From contig CAZXMW010000001.1 of assembly GCA_964641415.1 (NCBI GenBank), positions 227,816-291,815 on the forward strand: a DNA stretch of 64,000 nucleotides. Reading direction: 5' to 3'. The DNA comes from an uncultured Thermoanaerobaculia bacterium (lineage in GTDB: Bacteria > Acidobacteriota > Thermoanaerobaculia > Thermoanaerobaculales > Sulfomarinibacteraceae). The translations under genes and the position numbers were made by a program. This document shows, one piece after another, positions 55,239-64,000 of the stretch. The notes under the pieces are model-generated. The model was given only the letters and a program-made list of their open reading frames with translations. It made no database searches and was not told the DNA's origin. Numbering within the stretch: position 1 is the stretch's first letter; every line of letters starts with the position of its first letter.

Positions 55239-56222
55239 ATGAACGAATCAGAAGCGGCGACCGCCGAACGGAGCCCCGCTCAGCGAGCGGAATGCGTCCT
55301 GACGGTGGCGGGCGCCCGTCGGCGCTTCGGCGACCGTGTCGCCCTCGACGGGGTCGGCCTCGAGCTGTGCGCCGGTGAGATCTACGGCCTGCTCGGCCCC
55401 AACGGCGCCGGCAAGACGACGCTGGTCCGCGCGATCTCCGGCCGGCTCCGCCTCGACGGGGGATCGGTTGATCTGTGCGGCGGCGACCCGGCCGGCGACG
55501 CGAACGCCCGCCGGCGCCTCGGACTGGTCCCTCAGGAGCTCGCCCTCTACCCGGACCTGACCGCCCGGGAGAACCTGACCGTGTTCGGCCGGCTGATGGG
55601 CCTCGACCGCGGCGCGGGCCGGGCCGCGGCCGACGAGCTGCTCGCCGGCATTGGGCTCACGGACCGCGCCTCGGACGTGGTGGCAACCCTGTCGGGCGGC
55701 ATGAAGCGCCGCCTCAACGTCGCCGCCGGGGTCATTCACAGGCCGCGGGTGCTGCTCCTCGACGAGCCCACCGTCGGCGTCGATCCGACTGCGCGGGAAG
55801 CGATTCACGACCTGCTCCGGGGCCTGCGACGGGACGGGATGGCGATCCTGCTCACCACCCACGACCTCGAGCAGGCCGCCGAGCTCGCGGATCGGGTCGG
55901 TCTCCTCATCGATGGTCGGATCCGCGCCGAGGGACCGGTCCCCGAGCTTGTCGCCGAGGTCTTCGGCGCCGGCCAGGAGCTCACGGTGGGTCTCGGGGTC
56001 GATCCCGGCGAAACCGGTCGAGCCGCACTGCGCGATGCCGGCCTCGAGCCGACCTTTGACGCCCTCGTGTGGTCGGGACGGCTCGATGGCGGCACGTCGG
56101 GCCTCGCCTCGGTGACGCGCGGCCTCGAGGCTTCGGGCGTCGCGATCGACGAGGTCAGGGTCCGCGAGCCCGGGCTGCGGGGGGTCTTCTTCGCGCTCGC
56201 CGGACGGGAGATCGACGCGTGA
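55239..56222 (+). CDS. ABC transporter ATP-binding protein
   Basis: Walker A GPNGAGKTT, signature LSGGMKRRL and Walker B LLLDEPTVGVD. Confidence 0.85.
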   Translation: MNESEAATAERSPAQRAECVLTVAGARRRFGDRVALDGVGLELCAGEIYGLLGPNGAGKTTLVRAISGRLRLDGGSVDLCGGDPAGDANARRRLGLVPQELALYPDLTARENLTVFGRLMGLDRGAGRAAADELLAGIGLTDRASDVVATLSGGMKRRLNVAAGVIHRPRVLLLDEPTVGVDPTAREAIHDLLRGLRRDGMAILLTTHDLEQAAELADRVGLLIDGRIRAEGPVPELVAEVFGAGQELTVGLGVDPGETGRAALRDAGLEPTFDALVWSGRLDGGTSGLASVTRGLEASGVAIDEVRVREPGLRGVFFALAGREIDA

Positions 56223-57451
56223 CCGGCGCCGTCGTTCGCGTCATGCTGCTCGGGCTGCTGCGCGACCGCGCCGCGCTCGCCATGAGCTTCCTGCTGCCGG
56301 CGATCTTCTTCCTGATCTTCGCGGCGATCTTCGCCGGCGCGACCGGCGAGCAGCTCCGCCTCGAGGTCGCCGTTGCCGACGAGGTCGGCGACGAGATCTC
56401 GACCCGGCTGGTCGACGCCATCGGCCGCGACCCGGCGCTGCTCGTGGTCGGCGGCGCGGCCCTCGACGCCGGGCAGGTCCGCGACTGGGTTCGGCGGGGA
56501 ACTGCCGACGTCGGGCTCGTGATCCGCGCCGACGCCGAGCCCCTCGACTCCCTGGGCGGCTTCGGCCCGTCGCCGCTGGTGATCGTTAGCGATCCGGTCC
56601 GCGGTGTCGCGGTGCCCATGCTCAAGGGCCAGATTCAGAAGGCCTACTTCGCCGCGCTTCCCGACGTCGCCCTCGGCGGCGTCATGGGGTTGGTCGAGGA
56701 CCAGTTCATCGATCTTGACGACAACCAGCGGCAGGACCTCGAGGCCGGTCTCGCCGAGCTCGGCGAAGAGGCTCGGGCCGGCGAGGTCGGCGGCTGGGGC
56801 TTCGAGGACCTGTTCGAGGACGTCAGCGTCGCCGGTGAGTCGGCGGCGCGCAACCACGTCGCCTACTACGCCGGCGCGGTTGCGATCCTGTTCCTGCTGT
56901 TCTCGTCGGTCCACGGCGCGATCACCCTCATCGAAGAGCGCGAGTCGGGCGTGCTCGACCGGATCCTCGCCGGGCCGGGACGGATGTCGGTGCTGGTCAA
57001 CGGCAAGTTCCTCTTTCTCGTCATCCAGGGTGTCGTCCAGGTCGGCGTCATCTTCGCCATGGCGTGGCTGATCTACGACGTCGACCTCCCCGGCCACCTA
57101 CTGCCGTGGGCGGTGACCACCGTTCTCGCCGCGGCCATGGCCACCGGGCTCGCCCTGGTGCTCGCCGCGGTCTGCCGGACCAGACGCCAGGCCCAGACCC
57201 TGGCCAACGTCGCGATCCTGGTGCTGTCGGCGCTCGGGGGCAGCATGGTGCCGCGCTTCTTCATGCCCGAGCTGCTGCAGGATCTCGGATGGCTGACGCC
57301 GAACACCTGGGCGCTCGAGGCCTACACCGCGATCTTCTGGCGCGGACAGGGTTTCGATGCGCTGGTCGTGCCCTGGGCCATGCTGGCGGCGGCGGCCGCC
57401 GGTGGGCTCTGGCTCGCCCACCACGCGGCTCGGCGCCTGGAAATACTGTGA
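56219..57451 (+). CDS. ABC-2 type transporter permease
   Basis: GTG 56219 forms a GTGA overlap with the ATPase stop. N-terminal TM helix, a large loop, then 5 C-terminal TM helices, typical of ABC-2 exporters. Confidence 0.75.
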   Translation: MTGAVVRVMLLGLLRDRAALAMSFLLPAIFFLIFAAIFAGATGEQLRLEVAVADEVGDEISTRLVDAIGRDPALLVVGGAALDAGQVRDWVRRGTADVGLVIRADAEPLDSLGGFGPSPLVIVSDPVRGVAVPMLKGQIQKAYFAALPDVALGGVMGLVEDQFIDLDDNQRQDLEAGLAELGEEARAGEVGGWGFEDLFEDVSVAGESAARNHVAYYAGAVAILFLLFSSVHGAITLIEERESGVLDRILAGPGRMSVLVNGKFLFLVIQGVVQVGVIFAMAWLIYDVDLPGHLLPWAVTTVLAAAMATGLALVLAAVCRTRRQAQTLANVAILVLSALGGSMVPRFFMPELLQDLGWLTPNTWALEAYTAIFWRGQGFDALVVPWAMLAAAAAGGLWLAHHAARRLEIL

Positions 57452-57482
57452 CCGTGATTGAGGGTTGCGACGGCAGGAAGGA

Positions 57483-57941
57483 ATGATGCTGATCTCCATA
57501 ACCCTCTTCGTCGGAACCGTCGTCGCCATGGAAGGCGTCGCCTACCTGATGCACAGATTTCTCATGCACGGGCCTCTGTGGTTTCTGCACGAGAGCCACC
57601 ACGTGCGCGACAAAGGCCGCTTCGAGCTCAACGACCTGTTCGGCGTCTTCTTCGCCATCCCGTCGATCATCCTGATCTGGTTCGGCACCCACGGCCAGCC
57701 GCATCTGCTGCCCGTCGGTCTCGGGATGACCGCGTACGGCGCCATCTACTTCGGCTTCCACGACGTCATCGTCCACCGCCGGATCCCGCACCGGTTGAAG
57801 TTCGGCAACGCCTATCTGCAGCGGATCGTCAAGGCCCACCGCATCCACCATGCCACGCGGTCCAAGGACGGCGCGGTGTCCTTCGGCTTCGTCTACGCGC
57901 CGCCGATCGACAAGCTCAAGGCGGCCGTCGGCAAGCGCTGA
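57483..57941 (+). CDS. crtZ: Beta-carotene 3-hydroxylase (fatty-acid hydroxylase superfamily)
   Basis: AGGAAGGA RBS. His boxes HRFLMH, HESHH, HDVIVHRR and HRIHHA, with SFGFVYAP near the end. Confidence 0.8.
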   Translation: MMLISITLFVGTVVAMEGVAYLMHRFLMHGPLWFLHESHHVRDKGRFELNDLFGVFFAIPSIILIWFGTHGQPHLLPVGLGMTAYGAIYFGFHDVIVHRRIPHRLKFGNAYLQRIVKAHRIHHATRSKDGAVSFGFVYAPPIDKLKAAVGKR

Positions 57942-57968
57942 CCGGGGATCGCGGCGGCAGTCGAACGG

Positions 57969-58904
57969 TCACTGCCTCCTTCGCGTCCACAGTCGATTCC
58001 GCGGCTCGTCCTCCGGGCCTCGGCCCCAGCGCCGAGCGATCCACGACCTCGGCCCCGAACCGAGCACCAGGGCGAGCTTGCGCACCGCGCCGGTCGACGG
58101 GCGGCGGTCCCAGGCGCGTGCTCCGCGAGCGAGGATGAGCCGGCCGATGTCGCGGTAGACGGAATTGGCGGCGGCCACCGCCCAGGCCGAGCGCGGCGGC
58201 AATCGGGAGATTCCGAGCCATGCCGAAGCGTAGTAGCGGTCGGCCTCGGCCAGGACTCGGCGGACCACGTCGGCGAGCGCGGGCCGGCGCTTCACGTCTC
58301 GGATCTCGTCCGCCGGAACACCGGCCTCGTCGAGCCAGTCGCCGGGCAGGTAGATCCGGCCGACCTCGGCGTCGTCGATCACGTCTCGGCAGATGTTGGT
58401 CAACTGGAAGGCGAGCCCGAGGTCGGTGGCGCGATCCAGCGTCGGCTCGTCGCGCACCCCCATGAGGTAGGCCATCATGACGCCGACGACCCCGGCGACG
58501 TGGTAGCAGTAGTCCAGGGTGTCGTCGAGGCGCGAGTAGGTGCGGCCCTCGACGTCCATGACGAAGCCGTCGAGGTGCTCGAGGGGGTAGCGGTGGGGGA
58601 TCTCGGCGTCGACCACCACGCGCTGCAGCCCGGCGAAGATCGGGTCGTCGGTGGGCTCGCCGGCGAGGGCGCTCAGGGTCCTTTCGCGCAGCCGCTCGAC
58701 CCGCGTGCGCCCTTCGTCGGTGCTCAGAGCGGCGGCGCCGAAGCCGAGCTCCTGGTCGTCGGTTTCGTCATCGCAGTGGCGGCACCAGGCGTAGAGCATG
58801 TAGGCGCCGTCGCGGGTCTCCGGGTCGAACAGTCTCGCCGCCGCGGCGAAGCTCTTCGAGCCCTTCTCGATGACCTCCTGGCCGTGGTCGGCGAGGTGGC
58901 GCAC
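57969..58904 (-). CDS. crtB: Phytoene synthase
   Basis: GSKSFAAAARLF, YAWCRHCDDETD, YCYHVAGVVG, QLTNICRDVIDDAEVGRIYLP. Confidence 0.9.
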   Translation of the reverse strand: MRHLADHGQEVIEKGSKSFAAAARLFDPETRDGAYMLYAWCRHCDDETDDQELGFGAAALSTDEGRTRVERLRERTLSALAGEPTDDPIFAGLQRVVVDAEIPHRYPLEHLDGFVMDVEGRTYSRLDDTLDYCYHVAGVVGVMMAYLMGVRDEPTLDRATDLGLAFQLTNICRDVIDDAEVGRIYLPGDWLDEAGVPADEIRDVKRRPALADVVRRVLAEADRYYASAWLGISRLPPRSAWAVAAANSVYRDIGRLILARGARAWDRRPSTGAVRKLALVLGSGPRSWIARRWGRGPEDEPRNRLWTRRRQ

Positions 58905-58914
58905 GGTCCGGCTC

Positions 58915-60411
58915 TCAGGCTCCCGCTCCGAGCAGGTCGGGGATCATGAGCCCTGCGGTCGCCTTGGCCGAATTGACCACACCGGGCACCCCGGCGCCGG
59001 GGTGGGTGCCGGCGCCGGCGAAGTAGAGCCCGCCGATCTTCTTGTCGCGGTTGTGGACCCGGAACCACGCGCTCTGGGTCAGGATCGGCTCGAGAGAGAA
59101 CGCCGAGCCGTGCTGCGCGTTGAGCACGTCGGCGAAGTGGTCGGGATCGATGAAGCGGACGGTCTCGATGTCGGCCTGCAGATGCGGCAGGTAGCGCCGC
59201 TCGAGGTAGTCGAGGATCGTGTCCCGATAGCGGGGGCCGGCCTCGGACCAGTCGATGGGCGCATTGCCCAGGTGGGGCACCGGCGACAGCACGTAGAAGG
59301 CCTCGCAGCCTTCGGGCGCCACCGACGGGTCGGTCAGGGTCGGCGCGTGGAGATAGAGGGAGAAGTCGTCGGCAAGCGTGGTTCCGTTGAAAATGTCTTT
59401 GAGGTGGCTCTTGTAGCGCGGCCCGAACAGGATGTCGTGGTGGGCGATCTGGGTGTGGCGGTGCCTGACCCCGAAGTACACCACGAACAGCGACATCGAG
59501 AAGCGCTTTCGCTTGAGCCGTGCCGCCTCGCGCTGAGCGTCGGGGTTGTCGCTCAGCAGGGCTTCGTAGGTGTGGACGACGTCGGCGTTGGATGCCACCG
59601 CGTCGAATTCGCCGCTCCAGCCGTCGGCGCAGCTCACCCCGGTGACCCGGCCGTTGGAGGTGTGGATCCGCTCGACCGGTGAATCGAGCCGGATCTCGCC
59701 GCCGAGCTCGGTGAAGACCTCGACCAGCGCGCGGACCAGCGCACCGGTGCCGCCCCGGACGAAGAACACGCCCCAGTTGCGCTCGAGATAGTGGATCAGG
59801 GTGTAGATCGACGACGAGGTGAAGGGGTTGCCGCCGACCAACAGCGGGTGGAAGCTGAAGACCTCGCGCAGGTGGTCGTCCTTGATGAACTTGGAGATGA
59901 TCGAGTAGACGCTGCGGTAGCTCTGCAGCCGGATCAGCTGCGGCGACACCCGGATCATGCTCCAGAAGTCGAGGAACGGGGTCGCCGCGAGCTTGGTGTA
60001 GCCCTCGTGGAAGACGTCCTCGGCGTAGTCGAGAAAGCGCCGGTAGCCGTCGACGTCGCCCGGGCTCTTGTCGGCGATCTGCTTGGTGATCGCCTCCAAG
60101 TCGTTGGAGTAGTCGAAGGTGTAGCCGTCCTCCCAGTAGAGGCGGTAGAAGGGCATGACCGGGAGCAGGGTGATGTACGAGTCCATCGACCGTCCGGCGG
60201 CGGCGAAGACCTCCTCGATGCTCGGCGGCGCCGTGATGATGGTCGGGCCGCCGTCGAAGGAGTATCCGGAGTCCTCGTAGACGTAGGCGCGGCCGCCGGG
60301 CTTGTCCCGCTTCTCGATGACCGTCGTCTGGATCCCCGCGGCCTGAAGGCGGACCGCCAGGGTCAGCCCGCCGAAACCGCTGCCGATGACCGCTGCTGTG
60401 GATTGGCTCAC
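58915..60411 (-). CDS. crtI: Phytoene desaturase
   Basis: GTG 60411 forms a GTGA overlap with the crtY stop. AAVIGSGFGGLTLAVRLQAAG, EKRDKPGGRAYVY, and C-terminal GLYFAGAGTHPGAGVPGV. The track ORF (to 61896) runs on through crtY antisense frames. Confidence 0.9.
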   Translation of the reverse strand: MSQSTAAVIGSGFGGLTLAVRLQAAGIQTTVIEKRDKPGGRAYVYEDSGYSFDGGPTIITAPPSIEEVFAAAGRSMDSYITLLPVMPFYRLYWEDGYTFDYSNDLEAITKQIADKSPGDVDGYRRFLDYAEDVFHEGYTKLAATPFLDFWSMIRVSPQLIRLQSYRSVYSIISKFIKDDHLREVFSFHPLLVGGNPFTSSSIYTLIHYLERNWGVFFVRGGTGALVRALVEVFTELGGEIRLDSPVERIHTSNGRVTGVSCADGWSGEFDAVASNADVVHTYEALLSDNPDAQREAARLKRKRFSMSLFVVYFGVRHRHTQIAHHDILFGPRYKSHLKDIFNGTTLADDFSLYLHAPTLTDPSVAPEGCEAFYVLSPVPHLGNAPIDWSEAGPRYRDTILDYLERRYLPHLQADIETVRFIDPDHFADVLNAQHGSAFSLEPILTQSAWFRVHNRDKKIGGLYFAGAGTHPGAGVPGVVNSAKATAGLMIPDLLGAGA

Positions 60412-61598
60412 GTCGTTCCCCCGCTCGTGGTGGTGCTCGCTGTCGCCCCGGGGCGCCGCGGATCGCGAAGACACGCGATGGCCCGTCGGACCGGTACTGG
60501 TGGCCGGCCGGTCAACAGCCGAATCTTGTCGGTCGATTTCAGCCGACCGGCGTAAAAGCGCCGGATCAGCGGCGCCGGGAGGCCGTAGAAGCGTTCGAAG
60601 ATCCGGTACCGCAGGTGCGGCTCGGCGGCGCGGAACATCATCCGGTTGAGCAGCCGAAAGAAGCCGCCGCGCTCCCAGGCCTCGAGCGACCGCCGGCGCG
60701 TGAGCTCGTGCAGCTCGCGTCCGTCGAGCCCGCGGGCGGCCGCGATCTCGTCGGCCAGCGCGACGGCGTCGGGCAGCGAGTAGCCGGTGGTCGGGTGGAA
60801 GAATGCGCCCCGCATCCCGCTTCGGGCGACGTCGACGGGGCCGGTGGCCCAGAATGCGCGGATGTCGCCGCCGAGTGCGATCGGCAGCACGCCCGACTCG
60901 CGGTCGGTGATCGCCTCGATCTCCCATCCCTGACGCGCGGCGTAGGACCGGAGCTCGACGGCGATCCGATCCGGCTCGAGGACGGGGCCGTCGCTGTAAT
61001 ACGTGTCCTCGACGAGCAGCTCGCGCTCGCCGAGGGGCAGCGTGTAGACGAAACGGTAGCCGTCGGTCTGCTCGACGGTGGCGTCCATGAGGATCGGACC
61101 GTCGAGGCCGTGATCGCAGGCGAGCCGGACGAACAGCCCGACGAACTTCTGGAAGCCGACCTCGATGGCGTCGCCGCCAGGATCGCCGCGGCCGTCGACC
61201 ACCGCACGGGCGGTCAGCTCGGTGCCGTCGGCGAGCCGGGCCCGGTTCGGACTGAGCTCGACCACGTCGACGCCGAGCCGCACCCGGTCGCCGAGGGCGA
61301 CGCTCACGGCCTCGTGCAGCCGCTCGGAGGTGACCGTGCTGTAGCCGCCGTCCATGACCCGCCGGCGGCGCGGGAAACGCAGCTCGTGCCGGTTCCACGA
61401 GTGCGCCACCAGGGGCGCCATCCAGGCCCGCTGGTCGGCGGTCAGATCGGAGTCGTGGAACGACCAGGTGTGATCGGCGCCGAGCGAGTCCTGCCGCTCC
61501 AGGACGAGCAGCGGGAAGCCGGGCTCTTCGACGAGGATCCGGTGCGCGATGAGGCAGTTGGCGAGGCCGCCGCCGACCAAGACCAGGCCCGAAGTCAC
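60408..61598 (-). CDS. crtY: Lycopene beta-cyclase
   Basis: GLVLVGGGLANCLIA, HTWSFHDSDL, GFQKFVG, FFHPTTGYSLP. GTG 61598 forms a GTGA overlap with the upstream stop. Confidence 0.85.
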   Translation of the reverse strand: MTSGLVLVGGGLANCLIAHRILVEEPGFPLLVLERQDSLGADHTWSFHDSDLTADQRAWMAPLVAHSWNRHELRFPRRRRVMDGGYSTVTSERLHEAVSVALGDRVRLGVDVVELSPNRARLADGTELTARAVVDGRGDPGGDAIEVGFQKFVGLFVRLACDHGLDGPILMDATVEQTDGYRFVYTLPLGERELLVEDTYYSDGPVLEPDRIAVELRSYAARQGWEIEAITDRESGVLPIALGGDIRAFWATGPVDVARSGMRGAFFHPTTGYSLPDAVALADEIAAARGLDGRELHELTRRRSLEAWERGGFFRLLNRMMFRAAEPHLRYRIFERFYGLPAPLIRRFYAGRLKSTDKIRLLTGRPPVPVRRAIACLRDPRRPGATASTTTSGGTT

Positions 61599-62092
61599 GG
61601 AGCGTCCAGGTGGCCGGAAAAATCGGCGACAACCTCGGCCGCGAGCTCGGCGTCGTGACGACCGTGGTGGGCGGCGAGCAGGACGCCGTCGCTGTCGAAG
61701 AGCAGCAGATTGGGCCGGCCGGTGTCGAGGTCGAGAGCTTTCGCCCAGCGGCGGTCCATGTCGATGAGCACCTGCACGCCCTCGGGGACGCGCTCCCGAA
61801 GCTTGCTCGCGACCTCATCAACCGTCGCCTTCGAGTCGTCCGGGACGTCGGCGATGCGGACGATGTCGACGTTTTCAAAGCGTTCGCGCAGATCACGCTC
61901 CCAGGGTTTGAGGTTGCGCAGTCGGCGGGCGGTCACCACCATCACCACGGTCGGGCTGCCGAGGTGGGCGCTCAGGCTGTCCCGCGCACCGAACTGGTCG
62001 ACGAACTCGACAGCCCTGAGCCCGTCGAGCGACGACGGGGCCGTCGGCAGGACGACGCCGAGGATCAGAGCGACAATCAATGGACAGCTCAT
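61595..62092 (-). CDS. Secreted thioredoxin-fold-like protein lacking redox cysteines
   Basis: ATG 62092. Signal-like MSCPLIVALILGVVLPTAPS. The pattern TVVMVVTARR...KPWERDL...VLIDMDRRWAKAL...NLLLFDSDGVL resembles TlpA/AhpC-TSA topology without CxxC. Tentative. Confidence 0.45.
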   Translation of the reverse strand: MSCPLIVALILGVVLPTAPSSLDGLRAVEFVDQFGARDSLSAHLGSPTVVMVVTARRLRNLKPWERDLRERFENVDIVRIADVPDDSKATVDEVASKLRERVPEGVQVLIDMDRRWAKALDLDTGRPNLLLFDSDGVLLAAHHGRHDAELAAEVVADFSGHLDAP

Positions 62093-62207
62093 GGCTCTGG
62101 TTCTTCGATGACGAGCACTGTAGCAATCGCGTTCCTTGCCGCGCAAGTTGAGACGAGCACCCCGCCGGGGATCCCGGCGGGATGCGGATCGCCGGATGCC
62201 GCAACGG

Positions 62208-64000
62208 TCAGTCGAGGAGCAGCCCCTCCATTTCGCTCAGAACCTCGTTCCAGCGCACCATGACGGTGCCGATGACCCCGGGGTCGGTGAGGTCGATGCC
62301 GGCGCGCTCGAGAGCGTCCATCGGGTAGACGCTGCCGCCGAGCTTGAGCACGTCGAGGTAGTCCTGGACCGCGCCGGCATCGCCGCTGCGAACCCGGCCC
62401 GCGAAGGCCTCGCCGGCGGCGAAGGACGACGCGTACTTCCAGACATAGAAGGTGCGGTAGAAGTGGGGGATCCGGGCCCAGCCCGAGCGGTAGACCTCGT
62501 CGAGGGTGACCTCGGGGCCGTAGTAGGTGGTCCAGAGATCGCCCCAGACCTTGCCGAGCGACGCCTTGGTGAGCGGCTCGCCGCGCTCGGCCATGGCGTG
62601 GGCGGCCGACTCGAACTCGTGGAAGAAGAGCTGGCGCAGAAAGGTCCCGGTCATGCTGTTGAGACGGTGATTGAGCAGCGCCAGCCGCTCCTCGGGGCTT
62701 CCCGCGCGTTCGAGCATCCACTCGAAGAACAGCGACTCGGACGCCACCGAGCCGACCTCGGCGATGAACAGCGAGTAGCCGGCGAGGTGGTAGGGCTGGT
62801 TGGCGTTGGCCAGGTAGCTGTGGATCGAGTGGCCCATCTCGTGGACCAGGGTGAAGACGTCCTCGAGGGTCCCGCCCCAGTTGAGGAACAGGTACGGGTG
62901 GGAGTTGTAGCTGCCCCAGGAGTAGGCGCCGCCACGCTTGCCCGGGCTGGTGTAGACGTCGATCCAGCGCTCGGCCCGGCCGCGCTCGGCGGCGGCTGCG
63001 TACTCGTCGCCGAAGGTCTCCCGCCAGTACTCCGTGGCGAGCGCCCAGCCCTCGTCGAAGGTGTACCGCGCCTGCCCCTGCTCGACGATGGGGACGTACA
63101 GGTCGTAGATGTGGAAGTCATCGAGCTCGAGAACCCTCTTGCGCAGCGCGACGTAGCGGTGGATGGCGTCGAGGTTGGCGTGGACCGCCTCGACCATGGC
63201 GTCGGGCACCACCCGCGGCACGTTGTCGGCGTCGAGGGCGGCCTCCAGGGTCGAAGCGTAACCCCGGGTCCGGGCGAGCCAGATGTCCTTCTGGATCGAG
63301 GCTCCGAGAGTGCTCGAGAAGGTGTTGCCGTGGGCGTCGTAGGTGCCGAAGATCGCGAGCGCGGCGTCGCGGCGCAGCCGGCGGTCGTCGCTGGCGAGGA
63401 ACGAGTAGAACAGCGACGGGGTCGCGGTGACCTCCTCGCCGTCGGCGCCCTCGATGGTCGGCCACTCGATGTCTGCGTCGGTCAGGTCGGAGTAGATCTG
63501 GCTCGGTGCGCCGCGCAGCAGGGCCGCAGCGGCGAGCACCCGCTCGACCTCCTCGGACCGGATGTGCTCGGCGGTGCGCATGATGTCGTCGACGACGTGC
63601 CGGTAGGTCGCGAGCCGATCGTGCTCGAGGAAGGGCGCCATCGTGTCGGCCGGGATGGTCGCGATCTCGGGCTGGAGGAAGGCCGCGGCCTGGGCGACCT
63701 TGGCTCCGAGGGCGCGCGCCTTGGCCAGGGTCGCGTTGGCCGCCTGGTTGCGGGTATCGGTGTGCTGGCGCTGGCCCGCCCAGACGATGACGTCCTCGGC
63801 TGTGCTCCGGATGTCGTAGTAGAGGTCGAGGGCGTCGGCGAGCGCCTCGGGCCCGTCGCCGAGCTTTCCGGAAAAATCGGACAGCCGCGGCAGCCTCGCC
63901 TCGACCTCGGCGATTGCGGCGTCGAAGGCCGCTTCGTCGGGGAGGATGTCGGCGATGTTCCAGCGGTAGGCCTCCGGGATGTCGGCCCGACTCTCGTACT
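62208..64000 (-). CDS. pepF: Oligoendopeptidase F (M3B metallopeptidase), 5' end beyond the window
   Basis: HEMGHSIH zinc motif. The same frame stays open from 63641 up to the window edge (YESRADIPEAYRWNIADILPDEAAFDAAIAEVE...), so the gene starts at or just outside position 64000. Confidence 0.85.
   Translation of the reverse strand, partial: YESRADIPEAYRWNIADILPDEAAFDAAIAEVEARLPRLSDFSGKLGDGPEALADALDLYYDIRSTAEDVIVWAGQRQHTDTRNQAANATLAKARALGAKVAQAAAFLQPEIATIPADTMAPFLEHDRLATYRHVVDDIMRTAEHIRSEEVERVLAAAALLRGAPSQIYSDLTDADIEWPTIEGADGEEVTATPSLFYSFLASDDRRLRRDAALAIFGTYDAHGNTFSSTLGASIQKDIWLARTRGYASTLEAALDADNVPRVVPDAMVEAVHANLDAIHRYVALRKRVLELDDFHIYDLYVPIVEQGQARYTFDEGWALATEYWRETFGDEYAAAAERGRAERWIDVYTSPGKRGGAYSWGSYNSHPYLFLNWGGTLEDVFTLVHEMGHSIHSYLANANQPYHLAGYSLFIAEVGSVASESLFFEWMLERAGSPEERLALLNHRLNSMTGTFLRQLFFHEFESAAHAMAERGEPLTKASLGKVWGDLWTTYYGPEVTLDEVYRSGWARIPHFYRTFYVWKYASSFAAGEAFAGRVRSGDAGAVQDYLDVLKLGGSVYPMDALERAGIDLTDPGVIGTVMVRWNEVLSEMEGLLLD

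Overview
High-GC bacterial chromosomal window. No taxon can be assigned from the sequence alone. It is almost fully coding, with about 65 supportable protein genes. By eye I found no rRNA, tRNA, CRISPR array, transposase or integrase.

Content, left to right:
- 3' tail of a PduO-type adenosyltransferase.
- The conserved phoH-pgpH-ybeY-corC-era string, then arfB.
- A TPR + thioredoxin-fold lipoprotein. The ORF track splits it at an in-frame TGA sitting at the first Cys of its CxxC motif, with a SECIS-like hairpin directly behind it (probable selenoprotein).
- mtnA.
- A four-gene module: HdrC-like, HdrB-like, Fe-S subunit and FrdA/SdhA-like flavoprotein.
- A YeiH-family exporter, an LpxL-like acyltransferase and an SDR.
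- Two K+ systems: a Kef-type antiporter and an RCK-gated 2TM channel.
- argB-argD-argC-argJ.
- A decayed tryptophanase-like gene.
- Envelope genes: lipoproteins, sulfotransferase, MscS, a large polytopic protein and a methyltransferase.
- tpx and an AidB-like dehydrogenase.
- A seven-gene cluster of unknown function: DUF134, NifX-like, Gly-rich Zn-ribbon, DUF5320, NifX-like and two MinD-ferredoxin ATPases. It has a near-consensus promoter and a palindromic operator candidate.
- An RPH-like PEP-utilising kinase plus a PPOX-family protein.
- A light-related block: a DTE-motif rhodopsin with blh, a DUF2256/DUF3253 protein, a class II photolyase fused to a renalase-like FAD oxidoreductase, nei, and a deletion remnant of a ligase-associated exonuclease/ATP-ligase pair.
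- gpx.
- Carotenoid genes crtE ... crtZ and crtY-crtI-crtB.
- pepF, which runs off the right edge.

Other observations:
- A diverged inverted repeat pair of about 200 bp brackets about 18 kb (188-405 vs 18703-18886).
- Three decayed genes are present.
- 1-4 nt start/stop overlaps are pervasive.

I treat the long Arg/Pro/Gly-rich antisense ORFs in the track as high-GC artefacts. All family calls rest on motifs I recognise by eye; no database search was run.
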